64,000 bases of DNA from a virus (lineage: Duplodnaviria > Heunggongvirae > Uroviricota > Caudoviricetes), in IMG/VR virus record IMGVR_UViG_3300011614_000002, positions 1 to 64,000 of that record; one strand, 5' to 3'. Made by a program: the position numbers and the translations under genes. Every line of letters starts with the position of its first letter. The first letter of the stretch is position 1. Shown in pieces: positions 18,198-26,564 of the stretch. The notes under the pieces were generated by a model. The model made no database searches, was not told where the DNA came from, and saw only the letters and a program-made list of their open reading frames with translations.

Positions 18198-18880
18198 TGG
18201 GTACGGTCACGAACGTTCCGCAGATCGAGCTGTGGCCCCTGGCGGCCCTGGTGCGCTACGCGCGCAACAGCCGCACCCACTCCCCGCACCAGATCGGCGA
18301 GATTAAGGCCTCGCTGGTGGAGTTCGGCTTCACCAACCCTATCCTGGCCGATGACATGGGCATCGTGGCCGGCCACGGCCGCAGCATGGCCGCGGAAGAG
18401 CTCTACAACGCCGGCAAGCAACTCAAATTCCCTGGCGACATCCCAATCCCCATGGGCTTGGTGCCTGTCATCAACTGCACGGGCTGGACCGCCCAGCAGC
18501 GGCGCGCGTACATCATCGCGGACAACAAGATCGCCATGAACGCCGGCTGGGACATGGAGCTGCTGCGCCTGGAAGTGGTGGAGCTCGACGAGGCCGGCTT
18601 CGACCTGGACCTGTTGGGCTTCAACGGTGACGAGCTGGACGAGCTGCTGGGGGAGGGGACCGACGCCCTGGGCGAGATGCCCGAACTGCCGGACGGCGAT
18701 CGCGAGCCTTTCCAGCAGATGACCTTCACCCTGCACGATGAGCAGGCCGACTTGGTCAAGCGCGCGCTGGCGGTGGCCAAGGGCCTGGGCGAATTCATCG
18801 ACGCCCCGAACGAGAACAGCAACGGCAACGCCCTGGCGCGGATCTGCGAGCTGTTCCTGCAGGAGCAGGGCGAGGAATGA
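18197..18880 (+). CDS. ParB-like nuclease (ParB/Srx fold) domain protein
   Basis: GxxRxxA-type motif IVAGHGRSMAA. Acidic C-terminus. Confidence 0.65.
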   Translation: MGTVTNVPQIELWPLAALVRYARNSRTHSPHQIGEIKASLVEFGFTNPILADDMGIVAGHGRSMAAEELYNAGKQLKFPGDIPIPMGLVPVINCTGWTAQQRRAYIIADNKIAMNAGWDMELLRLEVVELDEAGFDLDLLGFNGDELDELLGEGTDALGEMPELPDGDREPFQQMTFTLHDEQADLVKRALAVAKGLGEFIDAPNENSNGNALARICELFLQEQGEE

Positions 18881-19647
18881 CGTACACCGCCAAGGACATC
18901 CAGGTCGCGCCGATCAAGAAGGCCGACGCTGACGCGCTGGTCAAGCGGATCCACTACAGCGGGTCGGTGGTGATGAACTCCCAGCTGAACCTGGGCGTGT
19001 TCCTGAACGGCCGGCTGGAGGGTGCCATGCAGTTCGGCCCGCCGCTGGACAAGCGCAAGGTCGGCGCCCTGGTCACCGACACGCCCTGGAACGGCTTCCT
19101 GGAGCTCAACCGGATGGCGTTCAGCGAGCGCCTACCGCGCAACAGCGAGTCCCGCGCCATCGCCGTGGCCATGCGCCTGATCCGCAAGCATTACCCGCAC
19201 ATCCAATGGGTCGTATCTTTTGCTGACGGCTCCCAGTGTGGTGATGGCACCATTTATCGAGCGTCGGGATTTGTCCTGACCAGCATCAAGAAGAATCGCA
19301 CCGCCTGGCGCAACGCCGCCGGGCACGTCGTCAGTCGCGTGACGATGGAGAAGGGCAAGAACATGGTCGCCGGCAAATCCAGCATGGCGTCCTACCGCGA
19401 GGCGGGATACGAGCCGATCGAAGGCTTCCAGCTGCGGTACATGTACTTCCTGGACCCCAGCGCGCGCGGCCGGCTGACGGTGCCGGTGCTTCCCTTCAGC
19501 GCCATCGAAGAGCAGGGCGCGGGGATGTACCGGGGTGAAGCAGTTTCGCGTGGTAAGCAGGCGACGACCGGGTCCACCGGTTCGGCGGCGGGGCAGAACC
19601 GACCACCACGCTCCAATTCCCTCCCACCGGAGACCTCCAATGCGTGA
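18877..19647 (+). CDS. hypothetical protein, possibly a DNA-modification partner of the ParB-like protein
   Basis: ATGA-coupled to the ParB-like gene. No firm motif was recognised. Confidence 0.45.
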   Translation: MTYTAKDIQVAPIKKADADALVKRIHYSGSVVMNSQLNLGVFLNGRLEGAMQFGPPLDKRKVGALVTDTPWNGFLELNRMAFSERLPRNSESRAIAVAMRLIRKHYPHIQWVVSFADGSQCGDGTIYRASGFVLTSIKKNRTAWRNAAGHVVSRVTMEKGKNMVAGKSSMASYREAGYEPIEGFQLRYMYFLDPSARGRLTVPVLPFSAIEEQGAGMYRGEAVSRGKQATTGSTGSAAGQNRPPRSNSLPPETSNA

Positions 19648-19671
19648 CGACTACCAGGGGTTCGCCCGGGC

Positions 19672-20019
19672 ATGATCGACATCGAGCAGATCCGCGCCGA
19701 GTTCGAAGCGGCGATCATCGCTGAGTTTTCCGCCGACATGCTGCACCTCGGGACAGAGACGGCCGTGCTCATCGTCAGGCTGGCGGTGCTAAAGCGCGAC
19801 GACGACGGCGAATACAAATCGGTCGTCCCGCGCGAGCGCTTCCGTGGCTGGGTGCAGGCGCGCCAGGCCCTGGCCATCGAGCTGCCGGCGCCGGCGAACG
19901 TGTCGAAGGCGTCGCGCGGGCGCAACACCTACTTGATGGGCAAGAACGAAGGCCTGCAGATCGCCGCGGCTGCACTCACCGCCCAGGGCATTCGCACGGT
20001 GCGCGCTAGCGCCATCTGA
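19672..20019 (+). CDS. hypothetical protein (115 aa)
   Basis: ORF. Confidence 0.4.
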   Translation: MIDIEQIRAEFEAAIIAEFSADMLHLGTETAVLIVRLAVLKRDDDGEYKSVVPRERFRGWVQARQALAIELPAPANVSKASRGRNTYLMGKNEGLQIAAAALTAQGIRTVRASAI

Positions 20020-20168
20020 CCTCAAGTCTGAGGGCACCCCCGGCTCATGCCAGGGCTGGTGCGGCTTCCAGGCCAGATCGCTCGCCACCGGGCGCAGATA
20101 GGGCGAACTTTCACCCGCCAATAAGTCGTGACAGCACGCTGGGGCTTCTCCAACACAGGGAAGCCCCC

Positions 20169-21029
20169 ATGAAACTCGCTTCGCAAATCAAGCTGGCCAT
20201 CCTGGCCGTAGTGGCGCTGATCGTCGCCTTCGTCTGCCTGAGCTCCTTCTACACCGTCAACGAGAAAGAGCGCGCGGTGGTGCTGCGCAACGGCGCCGTC
20301 AAGGAAGTGGCTGGCCCTGGTCTGCACTTCAAGACCCCGATCCTCGAAACCACCCACTTCATCAGCACCGAGAACTACACCACGGGCTACAAGTCGGTCC
20401 AGGCCTACTCCCAGGACCAGCAGACCGCGATCCTGCGCGTGTCGGTGTCCTGGCACGTGGCCGCTGGTGACGTGGCCAAGGTCTACGTGGGCTATGGCGA
20501 TCTGGATAGCCTGTCCGCTCGCCTGCTGGATCGCCAGGTGCCCACCCAGGTTGAAAATGTCTTCGGCCGCTACACGGCGTCGTCTGCGGTCAAGAACCGC
20601 GCGGAGCTGGTCGCCGATCTAACCAAGGCACTGCGCACCAGCATCACCGGCCCGCTGGTGGTGGATAGCGTCCAGATCGAGAACATCGACTTCGACGATG
20701 CCTATGAGGCCAGCATCCGCAAGCGGATGGATGCAGAAGTGGCGATCGAGACCAGCAAGCAGCAGTACGAGGACGCGAAGGTCAAGGCGGACACCGTACG
20801 CGTCCAGGCCCAGGCCACCGCTGACGCCAAGTTGGCCGCTGCCAAGGCTGAAGCTGAAGGCGTGCGCGTCCTGGGCGATGCCACTGCCGCGGCAATCAAG
20901 GCACGCGCTGTTGCCCTGGGCTCTAACCCGGAACTGGTAGAGCTCACCAAGGCCGAGAAGTGGAACGGCGTGCTGCCCACCAGCGTGGTACCGAACGGCG
21001 CCCTGCCCTTCGTCGACGCCCGCAAGTAA
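20169..21029 (+). CDS. SPFH/band-7 (stomatin/prohibitin/HflC-like) membrane-anchored protein
   Basis: N-terminal TM anchor followed by an SPFH-like core (RAVVLRNGAV...GLHFKTPI) and an Ala/Glu-rich coiled coil. Confidence 0.75.
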   Translation: MKLASQIKLAILAVVALIVAFVCLSSFYTVNEKERAVVLRNGAVKEVAGPGLHFKTPILETTHFISTENYTTGYKSVQAYSQDQQTAILRVSVSWHVAAGDVAKVYVGYGDLDSLSARLLDRQVPTQVENVFGRYTASSAVKNRAELVADLTKALRTSITGPLVVDSVQIENIDFDDAYEASIRKRMDAEVAIETSKQQYEDAKVKADTVRVQAQATADAKLAAAKAEAEGVRVLGDATAAAIKARAVALGSNPELVELTKAEKWNGVLPTSVVPNGALPFVDARK

Positions 21030-21046
21030 GGCTTCCGCCTGATCCA

Positions 21047-21075
21047 GAACCCGCCCATCCGGCGGGTTCTTCTCT
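21047..21075 (+). terminator. Rho-independent terminator after the SPFH gene
   Basis: GAACCCGCC-CATCC-GGCGGGTTC followed by TTCTCT. Confidence 0.7.
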
Positions 21076-21101
21076 ATCCGTCCCTGATCGAGTCGACTGC
21101 A

Positions 21102-21503
21102 ATGAACCTGGCCAGAGCGCTTTCCCACCTCACGCACATCCAAGAAACCACCGGTAACCAGCGCCAGTTACGCCTGGTTGTTCCCTTGCACCAACCCGGG
21201 ACGATCGGGTGCCAGCCCAGCACTGAGGTGGAGTACATCCAGGCCGGCTTCGACTGGGACGCGGGCGTCGTCTTCCTGCGCACCAAGCAGCAGCTGACCA
21301 CGCTCACCCCTGAGCAGGTCGAGGACATCAGCAAGAGCGTCAGCCAGGGGTCCTCCTGGCACGCCTATCAGCGCGAGAAGCACCTACGTGCGCAGATCGC
21401 CGCGCAGCGCCAGCTGCTGGAGCGCATCAGGCCCGAGATGACCGCCGAGGACCTGGCCGCCTGGTGCCGGGATCGTGAAGCGCCGCTACAGGAGGCCTCC
21501 TGA
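21102..21503 (+). CDS. hypothetical protein (133 aa)
   Basis: ORF. Confidence 0.4.
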   Translation: MNLARALSHLTHIQETTGNQRQLRLVVPLHQPGTIGCQPSTEVEYIQAGFDWDAGVVFLRTKQQLTTLTPEQVEDISKSVSQGSSWHAYQREKHLRAQIAAQRQLLERIRPEMTAEDLAAWCRDREAPLQEAS

Positions 21504-21504
21504 C

Positions 21505-21756
21505 ATGGGGATGAAGAGCATCTGGGACGGCGTCGATCTGCCCCCCGTTGGCTGCGAAGTGCTGATCCACCTGGCGAGACCAGGGGTATGGGTTCGCCAC
21601 GTGGTCACGGGCCACAAGGTTCGGCCAGGCAACAAGGATGAGCGCTGGCTCTATGTCGTGGATGTGGTTGTCGGCCCCAGCGACGACCCGCGCTCCCACA
21701 AGAACGAGCGGTTCCTGGCGGATTGCAGGCCGCTGGACTGGCGGGAGCCCGCATGA
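21505..21756 (+). CDS. hypothetical protein (83 aa)
   Basis: AGGAGG Shine-Dalgarno 9 nt upstream. Confidence 0.45.
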   Translation: MGMKSIWDGVDLPPVGCEVLIHLARPGVWVRHVVTGHKVRPGNKDERWLYVVDVVVGPSDDPRSHKNERFLADCRPLDWREPA

Positions 21757-22133
21757 GCACCGTTCCCGTCCAGGTCGAAACGCTCAGCGGCCGTGCTCTG
21801 GACTGGGCTACCGGCGAGGCCGAGCGCCGCCAGATCATGATCAGCAGCCGCGGCGAGATCCTGCATGCCGACCGCGCCCTTGGCGACTACGACGAGTGGG
21901 CGCCCAGCCGTCGCTGGGACCAGGCCGGCCCGCTGATCGATGCTTGGCGGATCAGCTTCGCCACCCTCGGTACCGGCCCACGCGGTACCAACGGCCATGA
22001 ACCGATTGTGGCGCTGGCGACCAGCCGCGCCCTGCCAGCTGAAAACCACCTCATCGCCGCATGCCGGGCCATTGTGGCCAGCGTCTTCGGCGACACCGTC
22101 CAGATCCCCCGGAGACTCACCGATGACCAATGA
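21753..22133 (+). CDS. DUF2591/NinX-like protein, paralog 1
   Basis: Shares the motif AGPLIDAW...IAACRAIVASVFGD with the next gene. Confidence 0.5.
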   Translation: MSTVPVQVETLSGRALDWATGEAERRQIMISSRGEILHADRALGDYDEWAPSRRWDQAGPLIDAWRISFATLGTGPRGTNGHEPIVALATSRALPAENHLIAACRAIVASVFGDTVQIPRRLTDDQ

Positions 22134-22554
22134 AATGGAGCTGATCGCCCCGGGCGTTGTACTGCGGCGTCCTGCAGGTACCGGCCCAGCAGAGCCTGCG
22201 CGGTCGCGTGTCCGAACCGTCCTGCTGCACGGCCCGGCCCTGGATTACGCGGTCGCCCGTGCACTGACCATCAGCATCGATGTTCGCGGCGGGATCGTCA
22301 CTCAGCCAGGTGCAGGCCATTGGCGCCCTACAGTGGATTGGGCGCAAGCCGGTCCGCTCTTCGATAGGTTCCAAATCCGCATCGGCGATCAGCCGCGGCC
22401 CGTGCGGGGAAGCTCTGCGACCTTGGCGAGCATAGGCAAAGGCCCTGAGCGGGTTGCGACCTGCGGTCCGACCATCCTGGTTGCCGCATGCCGGGCTATC
22501 GTCATGGCCCACCTGGGCGACAGTGTGTTCATCCCGGCTGAGCTTCAGCCCTGA
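22123..22554 (+). CDS. DUF2591/NinX-like protein, paralog 2
   Basis: AGPLFDRF...VAACRAIVMAHLGD. GGAGAC Shine-Dalgarno. Confidence 0.5.
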   Translation: MTNEMELIAPGVVLRRPAGTGPAEPARSRVRTVLLHGPALDYAVARALTISIDVRGGIVTQPGAGHWRPTVDWAQAGPLFDRFQIRIGDQPRPVRGSSATLASIGKGPERVATCGPTILVAACRAIVMAHLGDSVFIPAELQP

Positions 22555-22702
22555 GCAGCAGTGGTCGCCAGCGGGAACCACCCTGCAGTTACCGCCCCAG
22601 AATCCCCGGAAACTTACCGTCGATCAGTAACCGGGGTGAATGACCCCAAGCTCTCAAGCATGCCGCCGCTGTGCACATTCGCGACGGGGTGCCTTCTGAG
22701 AG

Positions 22703-23245
22703 CTATCGGTTTTCTGGGTGCACCGCCTCGGCAGCTACTGCGAGAACCTCAGATTTGTTCATCTCTCGACCAATGAGATTTGGCCGAATGCGTTCAAACA
22801 CTGAGTACATTCGCGAGTAGCCTTCGACCATAGGGCAATGACTGTTCAGGTCTCGACCAGCGAAGGTTTGAAATAGCTCAAGGTCTGAGATGAGGTGATC
22901 AGCAATGCTCATGTGCTCGCTTTCGTTGTTGCCATCGAACCCTCGAAATTTGAGAGCGTATCCACCAGGCGCTGCAGCTACTTCTGCTTGATCAGCCGCG
23001 GGTAGTGACTCAACGGCTCTTTCAAGGAACTCAAACATATCCAGCACGTTAATGACGAAGCTCACGTCAAAAGGCGTCTCAGCGTCCGGGAACTGCATGG
23101 CGTACTTGAACGGCAGCATCCATCCAGAGCCGTGACTGATCGCCTTAGAGACCAGGCTAGGATCGAAATGCGTATCTGCTCCGACCTTTTCAGCAATGTC
23201 GGCCAGCATCAGGATGATCAGCTTTTGCTCATTTGTAGGGTTCAT
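22703..23245 (-). CDS. yfbU: YfbU (UPF0304) family protein
   Basis: N-terminus MNPTNEQKLIILMLADI and the segment YSRMYSVFERIRP resemble E. coli YfbU. Local GC is roughly 48% against about 64% elsewhere. Confidence 0.6.
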   Translation of the reverse strand: MNPTNEQKLIILMLADIAEKVGADTHFDPSLVSKAISHGSGWMLPFKYAMQFPDAETPFDVSFVINVLDMFEFLERAVESLPAADQAEVAAAPGGYALKFRGFDGNNESEHMSIADHLISDLELFQTFAGRDLNSHCPMVEGYSRMYSVFERIRPNLIGREMNKSEVLAVAAEAVHPENR

Positions 23246-23548
23246 TTCCACTCCATAGATGGGCCCTATGCCCACATTCGAGATTAGCACCGGGTAAAGA
23301 TGTTCGCTGATAGGGTCGCGTTGCCCCGTCGAGCTGAGCAGTAACCGCCCTGCCGTTACTGCCCGTTCCGACCAGTCGTGGGTGTCACCAGATAGCAAGT
23401 CTGAGGGCGGGGCGGTGCAATGCCGCGCTGCCTATCGCTTTGAGCGGTGCAAGCACCGGTTCGGGCGCAAATGGGGCGCCCGGACCGCCAGCAGCGGCTA
23501 TGCCCCCATCTGTCTGATCGGTCGGAAACGACAACAGAACAGCAATAT

Positions 23549-23592
23549 CTCAACTTGAGATTCACCATAGGGTGACGTATAGTGTGCGTCAT
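23549..23592. promoter_or_regulatory. Two palindromes upstream of higB, candidate HigA operators
   Basis: TCTCAA-C-TTGAGA and TGACG-N9-CGTCA. Confidence 0.5.
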
Positions 23593-23616
23593 GCGGTGCA
23601 GTATCGAAGGCATGGA

Positions 23617-23904
23617 ATGCGGATTATCAGCGAGGCCAGGATTCGAGAAGCGAAGGTGAAATGGCCCCAGGCCGCCACCGCGCTGGAAGCCTGGCGACAG
23701 TTGTTCAAAAACAACTCACCGAAGGACTTTGCGCAGCTCAAGCAGCTGAATCCAGCCGCCGACAAGTACAAGGACCTCTACATCCTGGACGTCGGCGGTA
23801 ACAAGATCCGGATCATCGTCACCATTCACTTCAAGGTGGACACGCTGTACATCCGGCACATCTTGGATCACAAAGAATACGACGCGGGTAAGTGGAAGAA
23901 CTGA
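23617..23904 (+). CDS. higB: HigB-like (RelE/ParE superfamily) type II toxin
   Basis: Small basic protein. Gene order is toxin first, then an HTH antitoxin. AAGG Shine-Dalgarno. Confidence 0.65.
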   Translation: MRIISEARIREAKVKWPQAATALEAWRQLFKNNSPKDFAQLKQLNPAADKYKDLYILDVGGNKIRIIVTIHFKVDTLYIRHILDHKEYDAGKWKN

Positions 23905-23906
23905 CC

Positions 23907-24332
23907 ATGAGCGCATTACTCAAGCAAGCGATTGATCACTGGGAATACGTCGCCCCGATCGCGAACAAGCCGACCAACGACGAAGAGTATCAGCGTGCTG
24001 TATCAGCGCTGGACTACCTCCTGGACCGTGTCGGCGAAGACGAGAACCACCCCTATAGTGGCCTGATCAAGCTGCTGTCTGACGGGATCGAAGCCTATGA
24101 CGCCGATACCTACCCAGACGAGCCTGTAGAGCCGCGCGACATGCTGGCTTTTCTGATGGAACAGCACGGGCTGCGCCAGGGTGACTTGCCAGAAGTAGGC
24201 TCGCAGGGCGTGGTGTCCGAAGTGTTACGTGGCAAGCGGGAACTTAATCTGCGCCAGATCAGAGCGCTGGCAGTACGGTTTCAGGTTTCGCTTTCCACGT
24301 TTATCCCTGATGTACGTATCTCAACGCACTGA
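23907..24332 (+). CDS. higA: HigA-like antitoxin with C-terminal XRE-type HTH
   Basis: C-terminal HTH segment LRQGDLPEVGSQGVVSEVLRGKRELNLRQIRALA. Starts 3 nt after the higB stop. Confidence 0.65.
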   Translation: MSALLKQAIDHWEYVAPIANKPTNDEEYQRAVSALDYLLDRVGEDENHPYSGLIKLLSDGIEAYDADTYPDEPVEPRDMLAFLMEQHGLRQGDLPEVGSQGVVSEVLRGKRELNLRQIRALAVRFQVSLSTFIPDVRISTH

Positions 24333-24561
24333 TGTCCCCCAAGCCTGTTCGACGCAAAACGGCCGCTTCGCGCATCACATCCCAAGATGTGCAGGCGGCC
24401 GCTGCAGCAGGTAATGCCTGCTATGCCTACTTTTGCGAGTATGGGCGGCTCCCCAGCCTGTCTAAAGGTCAGCCTGTAGGGTCTTCTGACCAATCCACTA
24501 CAAGATAGCCACCTACCCTGTTTGATCGTGACGCGACCATGGGCCGATATTCACGAAACAG

Positions 24562-25938
24562 GTGCGCCCCGTGGCCCATACCCAGAAACCTATCACCAGG
24601 GAAGAGATCATTGCGGACATCCGCCGTGTCCTCGCCCTGCTTGGCACCCCCACCCTCACCCGCGAAGACTACATCCGTCATGGCGAGATCGGCCGATTTA
24701 CGGTTGTCCGCGTGTTCGGCTCTTTCCGCGCAGCGCTTGATGCTGCCGGCGCAGTGGCAATTGCCGCCACCCCCACCAAATCCCTCCCTGCCAGTCCGGC
24801 ACCGGTAGCAGATGAAGACGTGCAGGCCTGCATTACCGAGGGCCTGGACGACGCCGCTGCGGGTCAGCGCCTGGGCATGAGCGCGCGCGCCTTCAAGCAG
24901 CGCCGGACCACCCTGGTGCGCCGCGGCTTCAGCCCTGACCACGACATGAAGCACCTGGTACCCGAGGGCTTCCTGGCGAAAGGGGTGTCGACCTACTACA
25001 ACAAGGACGGCAAGCCGACCGGCCAGTGGGTGAAAAGCGGCATCGACACCGCTCGCTGGCTCGAATTGATGCGCAAGGCCTGCGAGGCGATGACTACCGA
25101 TCTGCCCCAGTTGGCGGCCAGGCCGGCCCCGGGTAACTACCTAGCGCACCTGATGGCGGCCTATCCCATCGGTGACGCGCACATCGGCATGCGCAGCTGG
25201 GGCGAAGAAACAGGCCAGGACTGGGACCTGGCGATCGCCGAGCGCGTGCAGTGCGGCGCCATGGCGGCCCTGGTAGAACGGGCGCCGGCGACAGAGAAGG
25301 CGGTCATCATCAACCTGGGCGACTGGTTCCATGCTGACAACATGGAGGGCACCACCAGCCGATCCGGCCACATCCTGGACGTCGACGGCCGCTACGCCAA
25401 GATGATCCAGGTAGGCATCAAGGTGATGCGTCAGTGCATCGAGTCGGCCCTGACCAAGCACCGCACGGTCCGCGTCATCAACGTGATCGGCAACCACGAT
25501 GACACCGGCGCCATCTGGCTGGGCATCGCGCTGAGCCATATCTACGCCAACGAACCACGGGTAGAGATCGATACCAGCCCGGGTGCCTTCATGTACGTCG
25601 AGCATGGCAAGACGCTGCTGGGCTTCCACCACGGCCACAGCTGCAAGCCTGACCGCCTGCCTGGCGTCATGGCATCCGACAAGGCCGAGGCCTGGGGCCG
25701 TACCAAGCACCGCTACTGGTACATCGGGCACGTCCACCACCAGAGCGTGAAGGAATACAGCGGCTGCTCGGTGGAGTCGTTCAACACCCTGACGGCCAAG
25801 GATGCCTACGCCAGCTGGGGTGGTTACCGCGCGGCCCAGCGCATGCACTGCATCCTGCTGCACGACCGCTACGGCGAGGTGGGCCGCTATACGGTCCATC
25901 CGGAGATGCTGGCAGACGAACTTCAGGCAGCCGCCTAA
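24562..25938 (+). CDS. HTH-containing calcineurin-like metallophosphoesterase (458 aa, GTG start)
   Basis: Sigma-70 region 4/LuxR-like HTH segment AGQRLGMSARAFKQRRTTLVRRG. Phosphoesterase motifs GDAHIG, NLGDWFHADN and GNHDD. Confidence 0.6.
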   Translation: MRPVAHTQKPITREEIIADIRRVLALLGTPTLTREDYIRHGEIGRFTVVRVFGSFRAALDAAGAVAIAATPTKSLPASPAPVADEDVQACITEGLDDAAAGQRLGMSARAFKQRRTTLVRRGFSPDHDMKHLVPEGFLAKGVSTYYNKDGKPTGQWVKSGIDTARWLELMRKACEAMTTDLPQLAARPAPGNYLAHLMAAYPIGDAHIGMRSWGEETGQDWDLAIAERVQCGAMAALVERAPATEKAVIINLGDWFHADNMEGTTSRSGHILDVDGRYAKMIQVGIKVMRQCIESALTKHRTVRVINVIGNHDDTGAIWLGIALSHIYANEPRVEIDTSPGAFMYVEHGKTLLGFHHGHSCKPDRLPGVMASDKAEAWGRTKHRYWYIGHVHHQSVKEYSGCSVESFNTLTAKDAYASWGGYRAAQRMHCILLHDRYGEVGRYTVHPEMLADELQAAA

Positions 25939-25986
25939 GAAGTCGTGACGGAAGCATAGCGGGGTCACTCACCAGGAACCCATTCC

Positions 25987-26355
25987 ATGACCCTGCCCCG
26001 CATGCCCGCCGTTTACGTCGCCGGCCCCTACCGCGCCAGCACCTCGCTTGGCGTTGAGCTCAACATCAAGGCCGCTCAGGCGGTAGGCCTGCAGGCCTGC
26101 TACAAGGGCTGGACCCCGCTGATCCCCCACGCCAATACCGCCTTCTTCGACGTTATCGAACCCAAGCTGGGCGACGACTTCTGGTTGGCGGCAACCATGG
26201 AGCTGCTGCGTCGCTGCGATGCGGTGGTGCTGTGCCCGGGTTACAGCCGATCGGCTGGCACCCTGGGCGAGATCGAGGAGGCCAAGCGGCTGGGCCTGCC
26301 GATCTACAGCACCGTCGACGCTCTCCCCCGGGCCGAGCCTGCCGCTGCCACCTGA
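25987..26355 (+). CDS. nucleoside 2-deoxyribosyltransferase-like (DUF4406-type) protein
   Basis: VYVAGPY...LIPHAN...VVLCPGYSRSAGTLGEIEEAKRLGLPIY. Confidence 0.45.
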   Translation: MTLPRMPAVYVAGPYRASTSLGVELNIKAAQAVGLQACYKGWTPLIPHANTAFFDVIEPKLGDDFWLAATMELLRRCDAVVLCPGYSRSAGTLGEIEEAKRLGLPIYSTVDALPRAEPAAAT

Positions 26356-26484
26356 CACCAAGTCTGAGGGCAATCCCATCCCAACCCAGTCAAAGCGGGC
26401 CTTTCACCAGGCTCGCTTTTTCTTCGGGCGCGAATCGGGCTCAAACCGTCCATCCCCTGGCTAGAGGCGCCTATCTGATGATCT

Positions 26485-26520
26485 ATATTTGATAAGCTCA
26501 ATGCTAGATATTTGATAATT
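26485..26520. promoter_or_regulatory. Two direct ATATTTGATAA half-operators upstream of the C5-methyltransferase
   Basis: TATATTTGATAAG at 26485-26497 and GATATTTGATAAT at 26507-26520. Same core as the 18-mer operator. Confidence 0.55.
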
Positions 26521-26564
26521 CACCGAGTACGATAGCGGCCGCCACAGCCTGAAAGGATCACCCA

